DNA of 64,000 nt, from positions 34,162,001 to 34,226,000 of the forward strand of contig NC_042997.1 in NCBI RefSeq assembly GCF_006345805.1, written 5' to 3'. Source of the stretch: Octopus sinensis (Eukaryota). This document shows positions 27,745 to 41,909 of the stretch, one piece after another; the first letter of the stretch is position 1; each line of letters begins with the position of its first letter. The notes under the pieces were generated by a model that did no database searches, was not told the origin of the DNA, and worked only from the letters and a program-made list of their open reading frames with translations. The position numbers were made by a program, and so were the translations under genes.

Positions 27745-28321
27745 TCCACTCAGGCAAAGTGTATAGACTAAGGAGCGAAATACGTGCGACCACATGATAC
27801 CTACTCATGATACAAAATGGTTTCCAGTATTGCAATGGATTTAGAATAGCTTGCAAAACTTCTGAGTAGTTCTGGCACTTCATGCCTGGGGCAAAGCATC
27901 TCCGATCTCTATTTCACCCACTTGATCAACTATTATTATTGCCATTATTACACAACTCAGGACAGGATTTTCTGTTCACTGCTATTGTGCTGACCAACAG
28001 GCTATTTTGTAAGTTATATTTTGGGAATTTACGTATTCTAATAGAGGAAGAAGACCACATTAATGTTATTAGACGGGACAAGACGCGTAAAACTGAGGAT
28101 CTTCTAAAGTTAATAGCGGGCGGGGATTGAGATTACTGGTGCAACATTGTGCAACAGGTTTCAGTTGTGACCGCTTCAAGTAAAGATAAGTTAGCAACTG
28201 TTTTTTCTATACAACCCGGATTTGATGTGAATTAAAAACGTGTTGTAACGGTTTCTTGCTGTTGATGAAAGCTGAAATAGTAGTAGTAGTAGTGGTGGTG
28301 GTGGTGGTGGTGGTGGTGATG

Positions 28322-28355
<34 letters not shown>

Positions 28356-29401
28356 AGGTAGCAACAGCAGTAGGTGTGGTAGTAGTAATATTTAGTTTAA
28401 CTCACAGTCGACCTTGCCGAGTAGACCTTTAAAAATATTCCAGCCGTGACATCACGTTTTTTTTTTGTTTTACTATGATTATATTGTCTATTTCTTTAGC
28501 TTTGATTTTATTGCCCATATTTCTTCCAGTTCTTAAGATGTTAAGGCATGATTTTGCTTGCTATTTCTTGTCTTCTATGCTGTTGGCAACGTCTTAGATC
28601 AGCCGTCATGGAGCATACCTATGAAGAAAAGTGTTCCAGGTGTGACGATTACATCTTTCAATACATCTACGGCTATATTGGCCATTATGTTATTTACTAT
28701 TAATTTAAGATGATCGGATGTGATTTTAAAAGTGTTTCTTTGTTATATAAAGAAAACAAAACAAAACAACCGCGTAGTGGCTAGCTTGCTGGTTCCTGTA
28801 TGTGTACTGCATGTCGAATGTAACGATTCGAAGTTCACATCTTCCATTTTTAGATCTACATGACATTTGTCATCAGAAATCTGTTTAACGACATGCGGCT
28901 TGGGGTTTAATGAGGTTTTTAATTTGTGTGTTACATCGTTCATCTTAGTTTATGGCTAACCGTAATCCATATTGTGTTCTGTTCAACGTCGCCTTGAAAA
29001 TAAGGTATTCATCTATTCTATAGTTACGGTGCATTTGCTTCATGTAATGCATTTTATGTGTGGTTGCATTCCGTTTTATTTGGGGATTGTTTCTAATGAA
29101 TTTATTGAGTATAGTTGTGTGGCATAACCGTTATGGAGTAGCGTTTGTTTTATGCGATTAATCTGGTCTTTTCTTTGTGGTGCCTCTTTTGTGAAGAATA
29201 TTTTCAAGGCTCTCGCATGTAAAGATTTTATAACTGATGTTTTATATCTATGTGGATAATATTCAATATCTCAGATCCTACAGAAATATTTATTGGTGTG
29301 TTTAATGTTTAATGGTGCAATGTGCATGTTTTGTTGTTTCCTTCTCTCTCTTTCTCTTTCTCTCTCACTCTCTCACACAGACACACACATATGTATATAT
29401 A

Positions 29402-29440
<39 letters not shown>

Positions 29441-29523
29441 TATATATATAAACATATATGCACATACATGTATATATATGCATATAAATGTGTATATATA
29501 TATACATATATATATATATATTA

Positions 29524-29586
<63 letters not shown>

Positions 29587-30114
29587 TATGGTACATACAG
29601 ATATATGTTTACACACATGCAAACACACACACATATATTTATATATATGCACACAATATGTTATAACAGAGTCAGAGTAATAACGAGTCAGAGTTTTCGC
29701 TGCAAGGTCATTGCCAATTTCAATCCCAAGACTCCCCAACCTCACAAAACTGAAGGAGGAAGGGGTAAGCGATTCGAGAGAGACTTTAAAGGTTGAAGAT
29801 CTGCAGGCGTCTGGAGAGAATACTAGTTTTCATATCAATGATTAGTTGACGCTTGAGGCTCTCTGCTTCCCAACAGATGCCTTTTCGCAAGGTCTTTAAG
29901 CAAAAACCTAAAAAGCACCACAGGGCAATCGTATGAATAATTCTGTAACTTTTCCACAAACAAAATATGTAGGGGCTGGTTTAATTAAGATCACCAGTTG
30001 ATCCATAAGTTGCTGGCTGAGACGAGTCCTGGCTACCCTCCAGCATTTGTAAGGTAAATCTAGAGCAAATTTTTGAGACATTATGCTAAAAAATATACAT
30101 ACATACACATTCTC

Positions 30115-30213
<99 letters not shown>

Positions 30214-30337
30214 ATATATGTATACATACATATATATACATACACAAACACACACACATATATATCTATATATTCATATATAGATATAAATGTAATATAT
30301 ATATTTATATCTATCTATTTATCCCTCTCTCTTTCTT

Positions 30338-30376
<39 letters not shown>

Positions 30377-30423
30377 GTATACATACATATATATATATAT
30401 ATATGTATACATACATATATATA

Positions 30424-30490
<67 letters not shown>

Positions 30491-30714
30491 AAAAGTATGG
30501 GGGTTTAGTTCACAGGTGATCTAAACGATTAGGTACGCTAGGTAAGTGCTGTAACGAATTACGAGGGCTCCAAGGTTATAGCCGAGACTGTAGTTATAGA
30601 GCCATTACAGATTTCCGATATAGCAGATATATAATTGTTAAAGAGGACAACAAACGGTAAGGCAAGGTAAACATCTCAAATCATATACTTTATTATTATT
30701 GGAAAACATTCAAA

Positions 30715-30770
30715 GTCTTACAGCTGTTTCTGGGATATCCCAGATTGAGGGATATTCCGTCATCGGAGAC
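30715..30770 (-). ncRNA. Minimal hammerhead ribozyme motif (U4C variant)
   Basis: Minus strand reads GTCT-CCGATGA-CGGAATATCCC tcaatct GGGATATCCCA-GAAA-CAGCTG-TA-AGAC. Helix I is 4 bp, helix II long, helix III the palindromic ACAGCTGT, and the triplet is GUA. Confidence 0.6.
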
Positions 30771-31262
30771 AAACAGGGAAAATGAGAAGGGTATAGATTA
30801 ATGAAATAAGGACATAGAGGATAAGAGTAAAGAAATAAGGGGATTGAAGAAAGAGAAGAAAAAGAAGCATAAAAGTTCACAGTTCAACTTTCCGATGTTG
30901 TAAAATAAGTGCATAAGTCCTTAGTTGTAGTTCTGCGTAAATCCATGTGGGTTAAAGTCCTGATATTGTAAACATACAGAAAAAAGACGCGACCATATCA
31001 ATATTCAATGGTAGCGGAGGTGGCTATCAAGTGGTTAAAAGAAACGAAAGCAAATAAATAGAAAGAGAGGTAGAGAGAGTGAGGGGGTAAGTTAAGGATT
31101 AGCTTTACAGATAAAGTAAGGTGTATAAAATATATAGTGTCTAAGAATATAGTGTTCAAAGATTGCCGAGAAGATAAGAGAGAGGAGGAGGAGGTAGAGG
31201 AAGATAACGCGAAAAAATTTAAAAAAAAAGGAGCAAAATGAAAGGAATTTAAAGAGAATAGT

Positions 31263-31499
31263 AGGTGCCAGTGGAGCTGGCAGAATCGTTAGCACGCCGG
31301 GCGAAATGCTTAGCAGTATTTCGTCTGCCGCTACGTTCTGAGTTCAAATTCCGCCGAGGTCGACTTTGCCTTTCATACTTTCGGGGGTCGATTAAATAAG
31401 TACCAGTTACGCACTGGAGTCGATATAATCGACTTAATCCGTTTGTCTGTCCTTGTTTGTCTCCTCTGTGTTTAGCCCCTTGTGGGTAGTAAAGAAATA
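31263..31499 (+). mobile_element. SINE family B, full-length monomer
   Basis: GAGCTGGCAGAATCGTTAGCACGCCGGGCGAAATGCTTAG...GAGTTCAAATTCCGCCGAGGTCGAC...CCCCTTGTGGGTAGTAAAGAAATA. Confidence 0.88.
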
Positions 31500-31815
31500 T
31501 GTATTCTTCAAGTCTAAAGGGGTTGGAGAGGAAATCTAATAGTAAATGATGGTGCCCGTTCTGACAAAAGTCAGTGGCTGTAGAGTTATTTTTAGCAATG
31601 GGGTTATGGGTGTGTAGGTGGTCGTGGATGGAGAAACTAGTTGAATGTTAAATTATCTTGGAATAGGAGTTAGTATTAAATATTAGGGGATTTATTAAGT
31701 TAAGGTTTATTATTGCCATCATTTCTAGTATCACTATCAATGTAAGCATTACCATTTTTATTATTATCGTCATTACTGTTACCGGCATCGCTGTTATAAT
31801 AATAATAATTATTAC

Positions 31816-31850
<35 letters not shown>

Positions 31851-31972
31851 TTACTAATAGTAGTAGTAGTAGCAACAGCGGCAGTAGTATCATTATTGGT
31901 AGTAGTGTTAGTATTAACAGTGGTAGTAGAGGTGATATTAGTGATGTTTATTATTGCAGTGATGTTATCATT

Positions 31973-32197
<225 letters not shown>

Positions 32198-33921
32198 CAT
32201 GCATATATATCACACTACATATCTAAAACAATTTTCGGATTGCAATCCCTGCGAGAAAGCGACAAGAACAAAACCAAAGCGACAACATGCTGCCCAAACA
32301 ACCAAATAAGCTAATCTTTTTGATTTCGATCTTGTTCAGTTTCATTCAGCATTTTTGTTTCCCGGCTACTTTTGTTCTTTCAGTTGCAGCCATAACACAG
32401 TATAAATCGTTCAAAGGTGTAGATTCCACGATTAGGAACAATACATAACGTACCATATATCTTAGTTATTTATTAATTCTATATACGTATATATTTGGAG
32501 AAAATTAATTTTGGCGTTACAAACGATTGAGAAAACATTCTGGTTTATCAAAAACAAAGTAGTTATATTTTTTAAAAGCCTCCTTTCCTCAGATCCAGAC
32601 TATAATTCATAGAAATTCCCTATTATAAGAGACGATTGCCAAACTTCCTTATTTTATATTATTGTGAGATGAATTCACTTTCGAATTTGGTTTGCAAGAT
32701 TCTTTATATGAGTTCGTGTGTTGAAGCATATTCTATTGTGTCTGGCGGGGTGTCATTTTCTTTTTGTGCCTTATTATGTAACACACTCACCGGTAAAATT
32801 TCCACGTTTTTCTTATTTTTATTGTCCTAAAATTTTCGTTGCGTCTTGCAACCTTTGAAAATTCTGTACATACATCCATAATGTGCTTAGAAAAAACAAG
32901 ATTTCTTTATTCAACCTCTTCTAAATTCTTCCTAAGATCTACTATTGCACACATCTTGTATAAATTGTCGTTGCAAAAGTTATATGATTTTGGTGAGTAA
33001 AGCAAGTCATACACTTAATGGTGACGATATTGTTTTGTGTGGTGAACTTTAATGTTCAGCAGACTTTCGTATAACATCCACAAAACGGAGCCAGTATCAG
33101 AATTTCACCCGGATAGAACAATTGGAAATTCTGGAATAAGTTTAAATGTTGAAATTTCTTTCCACAAATCTTATCCTTAGTTATGCCATGATTCCATTAG
33201 CTATAGTGACAAGAGATTTACCAATTTATCTTTTACTTAAATAGACGGAATCAGCGAGACCGATTATTGACACGTCGCAGCGCCAGTGAGGAATGAAGTA
33301 AATAAGGAAATATTATTTATTTATCTATTGGTTCATTTCAATAACTTGTATATGCTTGTGTCTCTATGTTTGGGTGTTGTTGTTTTGTTTATCTGTTCCT
33401 CCCAGATTGTCATGATTAGCGATGTCTTTTGGTTTTCAACAAAAAAGTTTTATATTTCCAAGATTATATTACTCCACGCATTCCTCCCAACTATATTAAG
33501 GTAAGTGTCTTTCTTACAACATTGCAAAATATTTTTATTTGATTACCAACAAAAAATCGGAGAATAGAAAAAATAATACAAGGAACTCTATGATTTTCGA
33601 ATGCGGACTAACTATATTTTCTGAATGCCAAAAGAAATACAATAAGAAAAATAGGGGAAAAAATGTATGTAAATAAATATAAATATTTTTCATCTGCTAC
33701 AAAGTTACATTAAAGAATTCTGTTATTTTCAGTGAAATATAAATAACAATAGGTCTGTATTCACCGGAGTCGAAGGATATTTTTTATATATATGATTAGA
33801 TCAAATTACAAAATAGATTTGTGGAAGCAAATGTATATGCTTTGCCTTCTTTCGATTTTCTTTCCCCATTGCTCTTTCCATATATATAAACATACATACA
33901 TGTATATACATATATACATAC

Positions 33922-33952
<31 letters not shown>

Positions 33953-34247
33953 GATGGATAGATATGTATGTATAAATATATTTATATATGTGTGTGTATC
34001 CATATAGATATGCAGACAGATATTCATATATACATATTTTACACATTTTACACGTGTGTATATCAGTGTACTTATACATGTACGCATATGTATTCTACGC
34101 AAGCACAGACATTCACGTAAATATATAACCAGATATAACTGTAAGTATATATCCACAAAGAAATATACATACCGTTGCTCCTTATAAATTCTCCAGCTAA
34201 ACGCCTGCCAGGCACACACATAGACACACACATGCATATATATATAT

Positions 34248-34306
<59 letters not shown>

Positions 34307-35139
34307 CTGTATAACTAATATATAAATATATGCCTATATACATACATATATGTACATACCTACATCTATATGTATATATACATGCATATATGGGTACAGG
34401 ACATCAAAAAACGTTGAACACAATGAGAAACGAAAACATAAAAACAAAAACATGGAAACAAACTTTTGTTTCAAACAACGAAAAAACAGAGTACAAGATA
34501 TACAGCACAAGGAATATTCCCCTTCTTCAGTTGTCCCTGTTTTGTCTACCCCGCGTTTCGAGGGTAAGGACAAGACGCGACTTCGTTGAAACAGTCCTTT
34601 CCCCAAAGCAAATTAAATAAAATTTGGGATTTTTTGCGGAGGGTAAAAGTGGTAACAAGAACAGGACAGTAAGAACAAAACAAGACAGTAAAACCAATAA
34701 AAGTAAAAACAGTAAAAGACAGAACTAAGAGAATAACAGCGTAAAAACAAACGATGGGGGTTGTTAAGCCAAGACGATGGAAAAATTATTATGAACGCTT
34801 GAGGAGACAGCTTATGAGAGATACGGGATAAGCGGTCTGGTCTTGGTGAAGAAAGCAGTTGGAAAGATGGCTTCCTTCTGATCACGTGTCAGTGACGAGA
34901 GAGTCGAGTAGGAGGAGGAGGAGGAGTAAGAGAAAAGGAACGGTGAAGGGGAGAGGAGAAGAATAGGGAATAGGGAATACACACATACATACTTTCATGC
35001 ACTCACACACATATGCACACATGTATAGACACATGGGTGTATAGTTCAGAAGCTTGCTCTACAGAAGAGAGACTTAAACGATATCCATAGAGATAGTCAC
35101 ACAAACAATTTTATCGGGCACCTGTATGTATGCGTATAT

Positions 35140-35203
<64 letters not shown>

Positions 35204-35282
35204 CGTGTGTGGTGTAAATAAACATACTTGGGCTTGATAGATGAAATATACATGCATACACACACACACATATATATATAAC

Positions 35283-35540
35283 GGGCAAGTGTTTGAGCAC
35301 TCTGCAAACACGCGGACTCTTAACGTAGTTCTCAGGGAGATTCCGCGTCACACACAATGTGACAAGGCTGGCCCTTTGAATTACAAGTATAACCCATTTT
35401 TGTCAGCTGCGTAGACTGGAGCAATGTGAAATAAAGTGTCTTGCTCAAGGACACAAAAGCACCAAAGCACCATCAGGAATCGAACTCACGATGTTATGAT
35501 TGTGAGCTGAATACCCTAACCACTTAGCCACTCGCTTTCC
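35283..35540 (-). mobile_element. SINE family A2, diverged
   Basis: Reverse complement aligns to 46158-46400 (GTGTCCTTGAGCAAGACACTTTATTTCAC...). Confidence 0.75.
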
Positions 35541-35779
35541 ACCATAAGCATATAGTTATATATTTACAGAACACATTTGCATAGAGTACAAAAAATACAG
35601 AAAGCTAAGGGGAGAAGACATGGTATCCAGGTACCACAGTTGCCCCTAGGGATTCGGAATTACGTATTAGTCATAATGTTGACAGACCTGACCCTCTCTC
35701 TCCCCTTCTCTCTCTTTATCTCTCTGTATATATATTCTTTTATTCATTTCAGCCATGTGGATGCGGTCATGCACCACCG

Positions 35780-37460
35780 TGATTTTGCACTTTTTCATAT
35801 TCTTCTTTGGCTGATTTCTTCAGGGTGGTGGTATTTCATATCATCACTCCTGTACGTACTTTTTTCCTTGGTTGTTGGACCATTTGGTGTATGAAGAAGT
35901 TTGACATTGTACTCATGCCCAGCCATTGGTTTCTCTTGTCTTGTAGAGAGAGAATCCAGTGTCATTTTCGAAGACATCCACTTCCACATTGTGTAGATTT
36001 CTTAATTTTGTTTTGTCACGGCGTTGAAGATCTGTGGGCCTTGGAGCCCTAAGCTGTTGCAGTACCTGGTCCTGACTTTAATGGGGTTGACGGTACCTTT
36101 GGCACAATGCAATAACATCCAGTTCGGGAATTTATATAACAGTCAATCCTGAAATTAGGTAGTAGCCCTTCTATAATTTTCCATATGTAGATTATTACAA
36201 GTCAATCACACCGTCGCTCCAGGGAGTAAAGTCGTAGTTTTTATAACCTTTCCCTGTAGTTAATCTGTTGCACTGTTACTATATTTTTAGTGTAGCGACG
36301 TTGGATTGCTTCAAGCTCCGTTGTTTGGCACTGTGTGGTGGTCACAGCCGAGAGCAGTAGTCCAGGCGTCTGAGAACAAAGATCCTCCACAAAGTCAATA
36401 TGCCTTTTTGATCTCTTACTTTGAAGGAGCCTAGTTTCCATTCTATCAGTTACCACTTCTTCGTTGACATCTTGGTAATGTGCATATGAGATGATGCACA
36501 TAATAATTCCCAAGTCTCTTGCTGTCTGTGACTCTCTGATTGCAGTTCCTCCGGGTCCTCTACATGCTGGCTGCGGTACATTTGTGAGCTGAAAGTGCAG
36601 TGCTTTTAATTTTCCAGCATTACACTGCATGTTGTTGTTTTTTTCAGCTCATTTGTGTATTGCATTTAGATCCTGCTGAAAGCTTGAAACATCGTCTGGT
36701 TTCTTTGTTGCTTGTGATGATTTTCTATGTCGGCATAGCGAATGACAGTAATTGTGAGTAACTATGGGCATGTTTAAGAGAACTATTATAAACAGTAATG
36801 GCTCTTCTAACAGTAATTTTAAACAGTTATGGTCCCAAGGCCGTTTCTTGGGAGACGCCATTCAGAATTTGTCTTTTCTCAGAGAAGACACCATTGGCTG
36901 AAGCTGCCTCACTTCTATCTTTTAGGAAGTCATGCTGCCACTTTCCCAGTTTACTATAATAGCTATGCCAAGTCTCACAGCTTGTTACATATGCCATGAT
37001 CTGCCTTATCAGAGACCTTTGCGAAGTCAAGATATATCACATTGCAATATGAATAGTGAAGCAGTTGCTTCAGAATCCAGCCATAGTGCCGCTAAGCAGC
37101 TCCTTGGTGGACGGAAGCCATGATGTATATCGTTCAGTAAGTCGTTTTCTTCAAGAAACACTATCAGTTTCTTTCTGATGATTCGTTCCGTGATTTTACT
37201 AATATGTAAGGTCAGAGAAATTGGCCTTTAGTTTTTAACCTCAGCTTTGCTCCAGCCTTTGCGGATATGGCATATAATGCCTTCTTTTAACTGTTTAGGA
37301 AGTTTATCACTTGCTAGGAAACATTGGAAAAGTATCTGGTTTCATTAAAGCCTGCTTACATGACTTCAGGAGAATAACTAGGAAGCCACCAGGATCAGGT
37401 TCTGAGCTTAAGCTAATGTCGTCTGTGGCCGCTGTTACATCTGCTTCATCAATGTCGATG
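35780..37460 (-). mobile_element. Degenerate CR1/L2-like LINE, RT to C-terminus
   Basis: Across frameshifts: LKSCKQALMKP..., ICPIHKGGSKAEVKN, ILNGVSQETALGP, QQDLNAIHK*, LEAIQRRYTKNIVTVQQINYRERL, GPQIFNA. Many stops. Confidence 0.75.
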
Positions 37461-37968
37461 TAATCGATGATTACCGCCTTCGGAGCAGTAACGTTAAAAA
37501 TTTCGGTATTTCACGTCTCTTGCGACCATGCAGACTTCAAAACACATTTGAACTACGGAATGAGCGAAATTACCGACTTTTCACCACACATACACACTTT
37601 AATAATACTAAATATATCTCATCTTTCCGTCTTGAACTTTGACTACACTAGCCGAAAGCTAGAAATTTTGTTTCATGCTCGGAATATCTTAAATTGCAGT
37701 TTAGAACTAACATCTTTCTGCAGATACGTGGTTAATGATTTATTTATAAAAAAAAAAAAAATGCACATCGCTATAATTATCTTGATTAATTTATATCACA
37801 CTCTGTTTTGTCAAATACTCATTAACACTTTAAATCAACCTGATTGGCTTTAGGTGCATTTAGTACTTCTTATCACAAAAATTTACAACACTCAAACGTT
37901 TTGCTTTGAGTACATTCGTATTTCCAAACACCATACACAATAACGCTATCATTATGTATACGCATGTT

Positions 37969-38905
37969 AAGGCGATGAGCTGGCAGAATTGTTAGCACAC
38001 CGGGCGAGAATGCTTAGCAGCATTTCGTCTGCCGCTACGTTCTGAGTTCAAATTCCGCCGAGGTCGACTTTGCCTTTAATCCTTTCGGGGTCGATTAAAT
38101 AAGTACCAGTTACGCACAGGGGTCGATCTAATCGACTTAATCCGTTTGTCTGTCCTTGTTTGTTCCCTCTATGTTTAGCCCCTTGTGGGCAGTAAAGAAA
38201 TAAGAATCGTTAGCACGACGTACAAAATGCTTAGCCGTATTTCGTCTGCCGTTACGTTCTGAGTTCAAATTCCGCCGAGGTCGAATTTGCCTTTCATCCT
38301 CTTGGGGTGGATAAATTATGTACCATTAAAAACCAGGGTCAATGTAATCGCAAAAAAATCACAAAAAATAATTTCAGGTCTTATGTTTATAGTAGATATA
38401 ATCTCCTTTCCCCACAATATCAGGCTTTGTACCTGTAGTAAAAAGGATCATGTATACACATATTGGTTTCAAATCTTGGCAGAATGCCAGCAACTTCGGG
38501 ATGGGGGTAAGTTGATTTCATATGCCCCAGTACTTAACTGGTACTTATTTTATCTACCCCGAAAGGATGAAAGGCAAAGTCGACATCGCTGGAATTTGAA
38601 CACAGAACCTAACGACGGACAAAATGCGGCTAAGCATTCTGCCCGGCGTGCTAACCATTCTGCCGGCTCGCTATCTTAATAACAATAACAATCCTTTCTA
38701 CTAAAGGCACAAGGCCTGAAATTTCCGGGGTGGGAACTAGCTGATTACATCGCCACCGTGTTTCACTGGTACTTGATTTCTTGATCCCGAAAGAATAAAG
38801 GACAGAGTTGTCCACGGCGGAATTTGAACTCAGAACGGAACAACGGACGAAATGCCACTATGCATTTTGTCCGGCGTGCTAACGATTCTGCCAGCTCGCT
38901 GCCTT
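37969..38905. mobile_element. Cluster of four SINE B copies (plus: 37969-38200 and 38201-38345; minus: ~38478-38677 and ~38690-38905)
   Basis: Repeated GAGTTCAAATTCCGCCGAGGTCGA / GGATGAAAGGCAAAGTCGAC modules, with two alternative 3' tails. Confidence 0.8.
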
Positions 38906-38924
38906 AATTATGTATACACATGTT

Positions 38925-39512
<588 letters not shown>

Positions 39513-39891
39513 GTCTATGCGAAGATGTATACATATACATATGCGTGTACATAGACACACACTCACTCACAAACTCGCAAACACATATAACGTATAAGGC
39601 GTAATAGATAACGCAAAAACGTACCAAAAAAATGCATAGCTCACAGTACAAGTGTAATAGCAATATCTGTTTTCGGGCGATGCATTATTTTTGTTGTCAG
39701 TATCATTCATGTTTTGGTTTATAATAGAAATGAAATAAACTTTCAAATTATGGCACGAGGCTAGCAATTTTCGATTCTGAAAAGATGAAATGCAAAGTTG
39801 ACCTCGGCAGTATTTGAACTTAATACGTGAATAGTTGGAAAATTGTTCTTCGTTGGGCTAACAATTCTGCCAACTTGCCGCTTTGGGAACA

Positions 39892-40028
39892 GTGTGGTAA
39901 GTAGCTTGCTTACGAATCACATGGTTCCGGGTTCAGTCCCACTGCCTGGCACCTTGGGCAAGTTTCTTCTGCTATAGCCTCGGTCCGACTAAAGCCTTGT
40001 GACGGAAACTGAAAGAAGCTCATCGTAT
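39892..40028 (+). mobile_element. SINE C half (5'-truncated); its D half is at 41350-41563
   Basis: GTGTGGTAAGTAGCTTGCTT...GTTCAGTCCCACTG...GAAACTGAAAGAAGC followed by (TA)n. Confidence 0.8.
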
Positions 40029-40045
40029 ATATATATATATTATAT

Positions 40046-40088
<43 letters not shown>

Positions 40089-40092
<4 letters not shown>

Positions 40093-41266
40093 CTTAGATA
40101 ACTTAGATATGTTTCGACCAAAGATTGGTCCAGGCCATGTCTAACTTAATAGCACCACCTGACAGGATTATTCGAATCCTGTTTAAGTCAAATTTTGTTC
40201 AAGTAGTGAGTTCTTGTTGGGTGAGTTGTATCCAATTATGGTTGGCTTATCTGGTATTCTTTGAAGGAATCTATCCAGACTCCGTTTAAAGTTGATGGGA
40301 TCCTTTTCCTCTTTGATCTCCCTCGGAACAATGTTAAATAGGGCAGAGCCTGTTGAGGAAAAGAAATTATGTTGTGATCTTGAATTGGGCAGGGGACGTA
40401 TGGCCCGTGGTCCCAGTCTTGGATGAACCTTGAAGCTAATGTTAAGGTCGTTTGGGCAAAGTTGGCCTTATATTCTCCACATCGTACAAATGATGTACCG
40501 CTCATGGCGACGTTGGAAGGAGTAAAGTTTCAAGGCTTTAAGGCGATCCCAATAATCGAGAGCAGCCATGCCTTCAATTCATTTAGTGAGTGCCCTCTGG
40601 GGTGACTCAATCCTGGAGATGTTTTGTCTTGTATGGGGAGACCACAGTGGGCAGCAGTATTCAAGGTGTGGCCGTACAAAGGAGGAGAAAAGTGGTATGA
40701 TGACACCTTGTTCTCTGGACCAGAAAGTTCTTAAGATCCAGGAACTCATCCTACGAGCTATATCGACCTTCTTGTTGATGTGTGCACTCCAACTGAGATC
40801 GTCATCAACAATTACGCCCAGGTTTCTGATACTGTTAGAGGCTGTGAGCGGTTCCTCTGAAGGAAGAGAGTATGGTTGTTTTAGTGAGGAATTTCTTCCA
40901 AAATGCATCAGCTCCAATTTTCCCTCATTCAGTTGCATTTTGTTTCTGTCTGCCCATTGACTCACAGCATATAGATCAGACTGGAGTTGAGTTCGGTCTG
41001 CTTCTTCATTGACGATTTGCTGGAGCTTAGTGTCATCAGCAAATATTTTCACTTTGCAGTAACGTACGACACTGGAAAGGTCGTTTATGTAAATTATGAA
41101 GAGTAGCGGACCCAAAACAGTCCCCTGGGGAACACCGCTGGTGACTTTTGCTGGGCTTGAGTGGACTCCATCAACTACAACATGTTGTGTTCTATTCGCC
41201 TGGAAATACTTAATCCAGTGTAGAACTTTTCCACGGATTCCAAAATTTGCCAATTTTGAGAGTAGG

Positions 41267-41268
<2 letters not shown>
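40089..41268 (-). mobile_element. 5'-truncated CR1/L2-like LINE with intact 3' end
   Basis: LLSKLANFG...SGVPQGTVLGPLLFIIYINDL...IFADDTKL...VRPHLEYCCPLWSPH. The frame continues past two in-frame stops (40579, 40468) as IEGMAALDYWDRLKALKLYSFQRRHERY...FKRSLDRFLQRIPDKP to TAA at 40183. The 3' UTR ends in ATCTAAGTT x2. Confidence 0.93.
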
Positions 41269-41346
<78 letters not shown>

Positions 41347-41349
41347 ATG

Positions 41350-41563
41350 TTTGTGTGTCTGTGTCCCTCCAACATCGCTTGAGAGCCGATGCTGGTGTGT
41401 TTACGTCCCCGTAACTTAGCGGTTCGGCAAAAGAGACCGATATAATAAGTACTAGGCTTACAAAGAATAAGTCCTGGGGTAGATATGCTCGACTAAAGGC
41501 GGTGCTCCAGCATGGTCACAATCAAATGACTGAAACAAGTAAAAGAGTAAAAGAGTAAAGAGT
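41350..41563 (+). mobile_element. SINE D half, separated from its C half by the LINE insertion
   Basis: Aligns to 26655-26860. Confidence 0.8.
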
Positions 41564-41909
41564 ATATCACTGTCTTTCGAATAGTTCTTGTCTACCAAGT
41601 TCTTTTCACAAAGAATTGTTAATCCAGAGGTTATGGTAAGAAAACTTTTCTAAGGTGATCAAACGTAGAAGTACGTGTTTGCGACGCAAACTTGTTAGCT
41701 TAACTGCCATACCTACGTTGGCTGATGTTAGCCGTTGAGTGAAATGGATGATATTACGTGACATGTAAGCCTTTCTTAAGTGCGTTAATGATGTACGTGA
41801 AGCAAATTCGTTTACAGCGGGAATTGAAATGAATTCGTTATGTTGGTTCGTTAGTTATCCTCATTCTTGCTCTACAGTACATTCAAAATGACAAACGTAA
41901 ATATATATA

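Noticed and set aside
28743-28943. Non-repetitive 66-aa ORF on minus
   Set aside because: No recognisable domain and no convincing splice signals.
32950-33200. Possible decayed Tc1/mariner C-terminus on minus
   Set aside because: Catalytic motifs could not be recovered in any frame.
34480-34620. GAAACGCG and CTGAAGA motifs on minus
   Set aside because: They are in the wrong order for one hammerhead, and there is no GAAA after the hairpin.
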